Below, piece by piece: positions 16,485-22,332 of a stretch of 39,308 nt of DNA (position 1 is the stretch's first letter; each line of letters begins with the position of its first letter). This DNA comes from a virus: the IMG/VR virus record IMGVR_UViG_3300015263_000371. One strand, written 5' to 3'. A program made the position numbers and the translations under genes. Below the pieces are notes generated by a model that was given only the letters and a program-made list of their open reading frames with translations, had not been told where the DNA came from and did no database searches.

Positions 16485-17102
16485 TCAAAGGCATTCACCA
16501 ATAATCTCGCGCTTTAGGCAGCCAAATTTCTCTTCGTCGCCCACCACTTCGCCATGAAGCGCAACAATCCACCATCTCTCACCTTTCCATTTCGTAGGCA
16601 GCAAGGTAGCGTGTAATGTTCCCGCATTGCATAGACGGAGTGGCCCATTCGTTGTGTGAATAACGCCGGGGCCGGCGGCTTCAATCTTGCCGCCACTATT
16701 TGATGGTTGCCCGTTCTTATCGGATCGCCAGTAAGCAATCTTAGCTTTCAGTTTTTTGGCGGCAGCAAGTCGCGCCCGCTCGGCATCATTCCACCTTTCG
16801 GCAAAGTAGGCTATGCAAGATAGCCAATAGGAGCCGTCGCCGTAGCCGTAGCCGGAGCCGTAGCCGGAGCCGTAGCCGTAGCCGTAGCCGTAGCCGTCGC
16901 CGTAGCCGTAGCCGTCGCCGTTGCCGGAGCCGTAGCCGTAGCCGTTGCCGGAGCCGTAGCCGTAGCCGTCGCCGTTGCCGGAGCCGTAGCCGTAGCCGTA
17001 GCCGTTGCCGTTGCCGTAGCCGTAGCCGTAGCCGTTGCCGTTGCCGGAGCCTAAAATGGCGACTGCTTTTGCTGGATCGCCATTAAGGATCAGCGGCTCC
17101 AT
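16485..17102 (-). CDS. Gly-Tyr dipeptide-array protein with a non-repetitive C-terminal domain (205 aa)
   Basis: ATG 17102 is preceded by GGGAGG at 7-nt spacing (the track start 17117 lacks a good RBS). There are 37 consecutive G-X dipeptides, with X = Tyr in 19 of them and N, S or D in the rest. The C-terminal region contains LRLCNAGTLHATLLPTKWKGERWWIVALHGEV. Confidence 0.7.
   Translation of the reverse strand: MEPLILNGDPAKAVAILGSGNGNGYGYGYGNGNGYGYGYGSGNGDGYGYGSGNGYGYGSGNGDGYGYGDGYGYGYGYGSGYGSGYGYGDGSYWLSCIAYFAERWNDAERARLAAAKKLKAKIAYWRSDKNGQPSNSGGKIEAAGPGVIHTTNGPLRLCNAGTLHATLLPTKWKGERWWIVALHGEVVGDEEKFGCLKREIIGECL
16830..17051. repeat. Tandem GCCGNN hexamer array (about 37 units) encoding the G-Y/G-N/G-S/G-D array
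   Basis: Read directly: the run is gccgta / gccgga / gccgtc / gccgtt units with no interruption. Confidence 0.9.
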
Positions 17103-17392
17103 GGTGCCGCCTCCCATGCCCTTGTGGCGTCCTCAGAACATTCCGCCACGCAGGTAATATTCCGTAATTCAATGTCCGCAGCGGGTCCAATCTTCGCGCC
17201 GTCAACAGGACCCATCGACGCAAGACCGAGAAATCCCTTATTGGCGATCGGCCAATAGATACAATTGCGTGCGCGGCGCAATTTGATTGTTGCTCCGTCT
17301 GTCTTGATAGCGTAGCCAAAGAAAACGCCACGATATTCGGTCGTAACTAATACGGCGCGCTCATTCTTTTTGCGATTTGGATGATTTACCAT
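17090..17392 (-). CDS. Conserved small phage protein (100 aa)
   Basis: GGAGAA RBS. The pattern VLVTTEYRGVFFGY...IKLRRARNCIYW...GFLGLA..GP resembles a common small phage protein family (DUF6948-like, from memory). It overlaps the downstream start by 13 nt. Confidence 0.6.
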   Translation of the reverse strand: MVNHPNRKKNERAVLVTTEYRGVFFGYAIKTDGATIKLRRARNCIYWPIANKGFLGLASMGPVDGAKIGPAADIELRNITCVAECSEDATRAWEAAPWSR

Positions 17393-17451
17393 TTTTTCGT
17401 TCTCCGCCCCTGAATGCCGAGGCGCACATGCCCAAATTGGGTCTGGCGGCC

Positions 17452-17817
17452 CTATTTGTTGATAGTTATAATTTTATCGGCGGGAAAGATTTCCTGCGCT
17501 GTTTCTAGTGCGGTTTTGTCGTCGGCAAGGCAATCCCGCAGGCTTTCCGGTAGCTCAATTTCCGCTCCGAATCGATCTTCCCATTTAGCAAGATGCTTGC
17601 GGAAGTTGCCGCCATTGACATGCTCGGCATCCTTGGCAATCGGAAGGTCGGGAAGCGCAGCCTTAATCGCGGCGCTTGCGCGGCGGCCATAGATAGCCAG
17701 CTCATGCGTATAAGCATCGCGGCCAATTAGGAAGGAAACGACGCCATAGACACCACCAATGTCGCCAAGTAGGACGCCAGTTGAGGTGCTTAATACTGCA
17801 TAGGTGGGGAATTTCAT
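17452..17817 (-). CDS. Hypothetical protein (121 aa)
   Basis: ATG 17817 lies inside track ORF 17452-18018, and the N-terminal extension would overlap the upstream gene. The protein starts MKFPTYAVLSTSTGVLLGD. Confidence 0.6.
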   Translation of the reverse strand: MKFPTYAVLSTSTGVLLGDIGGVYGVVSFLIGRDAYTHELAIYGRRASAAIKAALPDLPIAKDAEHVNGGNFRKHLAKWEDRFGAEIELPESLRDCLADDKTALETAQEIFPADKIITINK

Positions 17818-17830
17818 GGCGGCCCTTTCG

Positions 17831-18094
17831 TTATGCGGCTTTTGCTTCGCGGCACTGCTGGCATTCGCATGGCCCAACCCGCCGCCACACTTCCATAAAC
17901 TCACGCACAGTAGGCTCGTGGATGCAGTGAACCTCGCCGTCCGGTGACCACCCTGGATTAAGCCACATCCAGTATGACCAAGGGCTTCGCGGCCCATCCC
18001 ATTCATCCCGCTCAACATCTAGCGACTGAACCTTATCGGGGTTAGCCTTCGCCAGATCGGAGAGAGATTTCGGTAGCGTGGCATTCTTTGCCAT
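17831..18094 (-). CDS. Hypothetical Trp/Cys-rich protein (87 aa), first gene of the accessory operon
   Basis: GGGAGAAGG RBS. It starts about 20 nt downstream of the predicted promoter. Confidence 0.6.
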   Translation of the reverse strand: MAKNATLPKSLSDLAKANPDKVQSLDVERDEWDGPRSPWSYWMWLNPGWSPDGEVHCIHEPTVREFMEVWRRVGPCECQQCREAKAA

Positions 18095-18117
18095 AGCCTT
18101 CTCCCATTTACAAACAC

Positions 18118-18146
18118 ATCATAGCACATCAAAATATAAATGTCAA
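18118..18146 (-). promoter_or_regulatory. Near-consensus sigma70 promoter for the 18094-16252 operon
   Basis: On the minus strand: TTGACA (18146-18141), 17-nt spacer, TATGAT (18123-18118). Confidence 0.6.
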
Positions 18147-18153
18147 CATTTAT
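18136..18153. promoter_or_regulatory. Palindrome ATAAATGT-CA-ACATTTAT: candidate serine-recombinase crossover/binding site or operator
   Basis: Perfect 8-bp arms flank a 2-bp CA core. Extended to 12-2-12 (18132-18157), the arms match 10/12. It overlaps the -35 of the leftward promoter and lies about 50 bp upstream of the recombinase ATG. Confidence 0.45.
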
Positions 18154-18167
18154 TTATACGCTAGTTG

Positions 18168-18196
18168 TTGACTTATATCGTTTTGCATGTTATGCG
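18168..18196 (+). promoter_or_regulatory. Candidate promoter for the serine recombinase (possibly a leaderless transcript)
   Basis: TTGACT (18168-18173), 17-nt spacer, TATGCG (18191-18196). ATG 18204 lies about 7 nt after the -10 and has no SD. Confidence 0.3.
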
Positions 18197-18203
18197 TCAA
18201 CCC

Positions 18204-18821
18204 ATGAAACCCGCCGAAACACCCAAAGGGGAGCTAATCGGCTATGCCCGCGTCTCGACAGAGGACCAAAGCCTCACGCTCCAAACTGACGCGCTCAGGA
18301 AAGCCGGCTGCTCGATCATCCGAGAGGAAAAAAAGAGCGGGGCAGCAAAGCACCGCCCAATGCTCGACCTCGCCATCAAGGATTTGCGTCCGGGTGATAC
18401 CTTGGTTGTGTGGCGGCTTGACAGGCTGGCTAGGTCAATGCGTGACCTCTACCTGCGACTCGATCAGATATTCGAGGCCGAGGCATCATTCAAAAGCCTA
18501 CAGGAAAACTTCGATTTTAATACCGCCATTGGCCGTCTATATCTAGCCATTGCCGGAGCCTTTGCGGAGTTTGAACGCCAACTTACCATTGAGCGCACTC
18601 GGGCAGGCATGGCGGCGTTAAAGGCTAGGGGGGAGCAGGTGGGCCGGGAACGCAAGATAACGGAAAAGGTTAAGGATCAGATCAGGGCGCTGGTTATGAA
18701 GGGCTGGACGGTCAAGGCAATTGCCAAGAAATACGGGGTTCACCCGCAAACGATCTATTCTAACTTCAAGGGCGGCAAGCGCGGCATCTTGATCGCTGCC
18801 CACAAACGCAAGAAGCCATAG
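18204..18821 (+). CDS. Small serine recombinase, resolvase/invertase family (205 aa; alternative start 18192)
   Basis: Contains GYARVSTEDQSLTLQTDAL (catalytic Ser), LVVWRLDRLARS, and a C-terminal HTH (GWTVKAIAKKYGVHPQTIYSNF). Confidence 0.85.
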   Translation: MKPAETPKGELIGYARVSTEDQSLTLQTDALRKAGCSIIREEKKSGAAKHRPMLDLAIKDLRPGDTLVVWRLDRLARSMRDLYLRLDQIFEAEASFKSLQENFDFNTAIGRLYLAIAGAFAEFERQLTIERTRAGMAALKARGEQVGRERKITEKVKDQIRALVMKGWTVKAIAKKYGVHPQTIYSNFKGGKRGILIAAHKRKKP

Positions 18822-18830
18822 GAGCCAACT

Positions 18831-19106
18831 TTGTTTGACGTGAAAAAATGGAAATCCGGCATTGCTGGAGAGACGTGGAAAGTCATTATCTGCGGGCGCG
18901 ATCTTCACAGGATCGATGATATTCTATCTGCGCTTTCCTATTATCTCACCGATGCGGGGGTTGATGTTGATCGCGGATTATCTCTCATAAGAAGTATGAG
19001 CGGCGATCAAATCATAGACGCACTGGAAGATCACAAACGCACTTCCATCCAAAGCGTAGAAGCGGCGATTGGCACAGTTTCGGCACAGAATAGCCGCCAC
19101 GTTTAG
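18831..19106 (+). CDS. Hypothetical protein (91 aa), TTG start
   Basis: AGGAG lies 6 nt before TTG 18831. It is co-oriented with the recombinase gene and immediately downstream of it. Confidence 0.45.
   Translation: MFDVKKWKSGIAGETWKVIICGRDLHRIDDILSALSYYLTDAGVDVDRGLSLIRSMSGDQIIDALEDHKRTSIQSVEAAIGTVSAQNSRHV
19069..19089. repeat. Direct repeat copy 1: TTGGCACAGTTTCGGCACAGA
   Basis: The first 15 nt are identical to copy 2. It contains two GGCACAG heptamers and lies at the 3' end of ORF 18831-19106. Confidence 0.8.
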
Positions 19107-19220
19107 GGTGTGTTCTTTCATTGTTCGCTGATTTTTCGCATAAAAAAGCTAGTATTTTCAATAAACAGCCTTCCCGCGCGTAAGGCACCCACCCCACTAT
19201 TCCTTAGCAATGGCGCGACT

Positions 19221-19240
19221 TTGGCACAGTTTCGGACAGA
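19221..19240. repeat. Direct repeat copy 2: TTGGCACAGTTTCGGACAGA, abutting the int stop codon
   Basis: Read directly. The two copies flank a 131-bp partly AT-rich non-coding segment, which is a candidate attP region. Confidence 0.8.
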
Positions 19241-20269
19241 TTAGAGGTCCGCGACCCCGCCCTGGTAATCCGGGTGATGGTGCCCATAGGTTTGCTCTAA
19301 CGTCTTGACAGTCATTCCAAGATGCCCCGCCACGTCCCAGACCGGGGCGCCCTTCTGCATCAGCCACGTTGCCCTAGTGTGGCGTAGCGTGTGCGGCGTC
19401 ACCCCTTTTAACCCGGCGGACTTACAAATCCGATCCCAGCTCCTATGCGGTTGTTTAATGGATTGGCCGTTGTAATGACAAACCGTGGCACAGGAACCGC
19501 CGTCAAGCCGTTCCCAGCGCCGTAGGTGCGCTAGAATGCGCCTTCCTAGCCTCACGGGTGGGGCGCGCTTATTCAGCGCACCAGCGGCCATTTGTGGCCT
19601 TCTGTGCAAAATGGCCCGTTTGAGGTCTATTTGGTCCCATTTCAGCGCCAGAATCACGCCCTTTCGGGAACCCGTGTAGAGGCAAAGCAGGATCATTCTG
19701 GCCAAATACGGGGTTTTTCTGGCCACTTTCAGGAGTCGGGCGGCTTCCGACCGGGTAAGCCAGCGGGTTCTGGGGAGTGGGTTCGCCGGTATCGTGACCC
19801 GTGGGACCATCTCCAGCGGGCCGTGTTCCTTGTGCCAGTGATTGATTGCGGCCTGGAGAATCTTGAGGTCAACCAGCGCCCCGCCCTGTTGCCTTGGCTC
19901 CGCATACGCGCGGCAGTTCGCGCTGGTCACGTCCATTACCCTTTTGTCGCCCCACCACTTATTCAGATTCGAGACGTTATATCTCAGGTTGCGAGCCGTG
20001 CGGCGCTGCGGAACTACCTCTTTGAGATACGCTAGAAGAATCTCCGCTATTGACGGACAGGATGATTGTCGCGGGCGGTAGTTCGCCGCGATGTAGTCTC
20101 CCAGGAGTTTTTGCGCAGCATCGAGGTCAGAGCTGCCTGTGCGGACGAAACGCGCTCCGTCGCGGATGACGTAGCTATTGCGCCGTCGGTCATACCACAG
20201 GCGCGCTCCCTTGCTCTGGCGCGGCAATTTTCGATCCAATCCCGAATATCTGCCCGCGTTGTATGCCAC
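19241..20269 (-). CDS. int: Tyrosine integrase (342 aa, GTG start)
   Basis: Contains LYTGSRKGVILALKW (Arg box), HTLRHTRATWL, and LGMTVKTLEQTYGHH (catalytic Tyr). Confidence 0.9.
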   Translation of the reverse strand: MAYNAGRYSGLDRKLPRQSKGARLWYDRRRNSYVIRDGARFVRTGSSDLDAAQKLLGDYIAANYRPRQSSCPSIAEILLAYLKEVVPQRRTARNLRYNVSNLNKWWGDKRVMDVTSANCRAYAEPRQQGGALVDLKILQAAINHWHKEHGPLEMVPRVTIPANPLPRTRWLTRSEAARLLKVARKTPYLARMILLCLYTGSRKGVILALKWDQIDLKRAILHRRPQMAAGALNKRAPPVRLGRRILAHLRRWERLDGGSCATVCHYNGQSIKQPHRSWDRICKSAGLKGVTPHTLRHTRATWLMQKGAPVWDVAGHLGMTVKTLEQTYGHHHPDYQGGVADL

Positions 20270-20388
20270 CTATTTCCAATTTGGAAGGCTATTAGCCTCC
20301 CAGCATCGTATTCCAGCTTTAGCCTATGGTACGAAAAACCATATTCCTTAGCGGCTAGACGTAGGGTTATGGTGTGAAAATCGCTCAT
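20047..20388 (-). CDS. xis: Excisionase-family HTH protein (113 aa), overlapping the int 5' end by 223 nt in another frame
   Basis: ATG 20388 forms an ATGA overlap with the methyltransferase stop. The segment ITLRLAAKEYGFSYHRLKLEYDAGRLIAFQIGNRWHTTRADIRDWIE is an excisionase / MerR-type HTH pattern. Confidence 0.55.
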   Translation of the reverse strand: MSDFHTITLRLAAKEYGFSYHRLKLEYDAGRLIAFQIGNRWHTTRADIRDWIENCRARARERACGMTDGAIATSSATERVSSAQAALTSMLRKNSWETTSRRTTARDNHPVRQ

Positions 20389-20906
20389 GGGCCATACGCC
20401 AGAGTTGGAGGTCCACAATGCTGCCAATCCCATGTGAACCAAGCATGGTTAAATGATGGGCTTCCAGTTGAATCCTCAAACCATTTTATGCGCCGAGTAA
20501 GAACTAACTTTTGTGAGAATATGGAGCAATTTCCGAATAGGCGCTTTCGCGTACTTGCGTGATCGAAGTCTGTCCTTAATAACATTAGCACCTGTCCGTT
20601 TAGTGGCTCTGTCAGTTTTAGCGCATGTTCTATAAATTTCGTCGCTAAGACATATGGGGGATTAGTAATGATCGCATCGGCGCGCATATAAGAAACATTG
20701 TGGGCGAAAAAATCTTGGCCGTCCGCTATATCGGTTCCGTAAATTTCGGCGTCCATAAAACCAAGGGCGCTCACCATCTTTCCACTTCCACAGGCGGGTT
20801 CCCAAACAATCTTCGGTGGACGCATAACGATAGCTTGCGTTACCCATTCCGGGGTTTCGTATAGGTCGCGCTCCTTGCGCTCGTAACCACTATCCCGCTG
20901 GCTCAT
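20385..20906 (-). CDS. Small DNA methyltransferase with NPPY motif (173 aa), no cognate nuclease seen
   Basis: YETPEW, then motif I EPACGSG, then motif IV NPPY. This order is gamma-class-like and points to an N6-adenine or N4-cytosine methyltransferase. Confidence 0.7.
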   Translation of the reverse strand: MSQRDSGYERKERDLYETPEWVTQAIVMRPPKIVWEPACGSGKMVSALGFMDAEIYGTDIADGQDFFAHNVSYMRADAIITNPPYVLATKFIEHALKLTEPLNGQVLMLLRTDFDHASTRKRLFGNCSIFSQKLVLTRRIKWFEDSTGSPSFNHAWFTWDWQHCGPPTLAYGP

Positions 20907-21148
20907 TAATACCCCGCTATTGGCTTGAGCATTCCGACCGCTTTGGCTAAATCGTGCGCAGCTTCCAAGATCGCATTCTCGTCGTCCTCTGTCCCGACGA
21001 AATCGGTATTCACGTCGTTGTGCCGAAACTCCAGATTCTTGAGCGTGGTAGCGGCATCCTCGATCAAGCCAAGGATGGTTTCCAGCTCGATCTGCGTGGC
21101 CTCCAATTTGGCTATAACCGTGTCGCGGACTTCCAGAATATCGCTCAT
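20906..21148 (-). CDS. Hypothetical acidic protein (80 aa)
   Basis: Track ORF with a TAATG overlap downstream and an ATGA overlap upstream. Confidence 0.5.
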   Translation of the reverse strand: MSDILEVRDTVIAKLEATQIELETILGLIEDAATTLKNLEFRHNDVNTDFVGTEDDENAILEAAHDLAKAVGMLKPIAGY

Positions 21149-21333
21149 GCGCCGACTCCGAATTGTGAATTGTCTATGTTATCGCTCAATTCCCATTCCT
21201 CTGCGGCGGCTTCTGCTTCTTCTTCCGTATCGTATGGGCCTATTTGGTCGGGGTTCCCGTCACGCCCGACCTTGATAGCTACCCAATAGTCGTAGCCTTC
21301 CACCCATTGCGCGCCATAGAAAAAATCTCGCAT
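21145..21333 (-). CDS. Hypothetical acidic protein (62 aa)
   Basis: Track ORF, translationally coupled to its neighbour. Confidence 0.5.
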   Translation of the reverse strand: MRDFFYGAQWVEGYDYWVAIKVGRDGNPDQIGPYDTEEEAEAAAEEWELSDNIDNSQFGVGA

Positions 21334-21335
21334 GG

Positions 21336-21701
21336 CTACTCCGTTTCGATAAACGTCCTTGCCGCCGCTATGATGCGCTCGCCACGGTCTTGCTCTCCCG
21401 ATCTAGCGTAGATCGCTAGGGCGTAGAACACGGGATCAATCCCGAATACTCTCCAAAACTCGCGCTCGTTCATGGAGTGCTGTTGCGTGTGGTGTTCCCG
21501 GCATAGCGGGACCGTCCAAATATCATCCGGCTTTTCGCCTATTCCCACTGATCGCTTGTCAACCCTGTGATCGCTGTATCGGATATGAGCGGCATCAACG
21601 CCCATGTTGGTCGCGCAAATCAGGCAGGGAAGCCCGCGAACGAATTTCAAATGCCGGTCGTTCTTAACCCTGGGCTGGCGAAAGGCGACAACCGCATTCA
21701 C
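21336..21701 (-). CDS. HNH-type / DUF968-like zinc-binding nuclease-like protein (121 aa)
   Basis: The pattern LPCLIC...AAHIRY...GIGEKPDDIWTVPLCREHHTQQH has Cys/His spacing reminiscent of DUF968/Ref-type HNH proteins (from memory). Confidence 0.45.
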   Translation of the reverse strand: MNAVVAFRQPRVKNDRHLKFVRGLPCLICATNMGVDAAHIRYSDHRVDKRSVGIGEKPDDIWTVPLCREHHTQQHSMNEREFWRVFGIDPVFYALAIYARSGEQDRGERIIAAARTFIETE

Positions 21702-21880
21702 TGGCCGGCATCCTCATTCAAGAGAGCAACCGCAACCCAGCGGGAATTGTGGGGGTCTGGATAACCCAAGGTTTGATGGACGCTGCTGGCCTGCTCGATA
21801 GGAACCTCCAGAATGATCTGCATGGATTTCCTACCCAAGATGAATTTCGTATTGCAGAACTCAGCCTTGATCGCGTCCAT
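21698..21880 (-). CDS. Hypothetical protein (60 aa)
   Basis: Track ORF with an ATGA overlap to the downstream gene. Confidence 0.45.
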   Translation of the reverse strand: MDAIKAEFCNTKFILGRKSMQIILEVPIEQASSVHQTLGYPDPHNSRWVAVALLNEDAGQ

Positions 21881-21883
21881 GTC

Positions 21884-22045
21884 TCAATCCTTTATGTCCA
21901 TATCTCTGGATTCATCCAGCTCGTGATCCGCCATTGCGCGGTAGTAGTCAGCCAATCGGTCCCAATACCTTTCGCTGCAATCGTCGCGGCAAGCACATGA
22001 CCGCGCTTGTGCTTCGAGTTGGAGCCAGTATGAAACCGATGGCAT
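21884..22045 (-). CDS. Hypothetical Cys-containing small protein (53 aa), below the track cutoff
   Basis: Hand translation gives MPSVSYWLQLEAQARSCACRDDCSERYWDRLADYYRAMADHELDESRDMDIKD. It exactly fills the gap between two packed genes. Confidence 0.35.
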   Translation of the reverse strand: MPSVSYWLQLEAQARSCACRDDCSERYWDRLADYYRAMADHELDESRDMDIKD

Positions 22046-22047
22046 GA

Positions 22048-22332
22048 CTAAAACGGAATCTCGTCGTCCATTTCCACGGTGCTACTCGCGCCGCTGCCCC
22101 AGCCGCCGCGCTTCGGTGATGTTTCAACTTTCGCTTTCCCGGTCTGGGCATCTTTGGGCTTCACAGATAGCGACATATAAACTTGATCGTTTTTGTCTTT
22201 CTTAATCCAGGCGGAAAGCCAATGCTCCCGGCCCGCGACATTGACCGATCCCGTATAGTCGGGGTGGTTGTCGGTTTCCTTGCGCTTGTTCTTGAATAGC
22301 GCACCCCGGTTTGTGTTGTCGTATTCTGTCAT
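22048..22332 (-). CDS. Mini ssDNA-binding-like protein with SSB-type acidic tip DDEIPF (94 aa)
   Basis: ATG 22332 forms an ATGA overlap with the upstream stop. The core is NRGALFKNKRKETDNHPDYTGSVNVAGREHWLSAWIKK..YMSLSV. A Gly/Ser linker follows, and the C-terminus is MDDEIPF. Confidence 0.55.
   Translation of the reverse strand: MTEYDNTNRGALFKNKRKETDNHPDYTGSVNVAGREHWLSAWIKKDKNDQVYMSLSVKPKDAQTGKAKVETSPKRGGWGSGASSTVEMDDEIPF

Noticed and set aside
16830-17051. Short tandem repeats as a CRISPR array
   Set aside because: The units are contiguous 6-nt repeats with no spacers, and they lie in frame within an ORF that has a good RBS. No cas genes are present. The same reasoning applies to (CACAAT)x5 at 26269-26298.
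17818-18018. N-terminal extension of ORF 17452-18018
   Set aside because: It overlaps the well-supported 87-aa gene (17831-18094). The internal ATG 17817 follows that gene's stop and gives a plausible protein start.
19107-19240. tRNA or tRNA fragment at the int-proximal non-coding region
   Set aside because: I could not find T-loop (GGTTCGAATCC-like) or acceptor-stem complementarity by eye. tRNAscan should still be run, because I cannot exclude a short attB-identity fragment.
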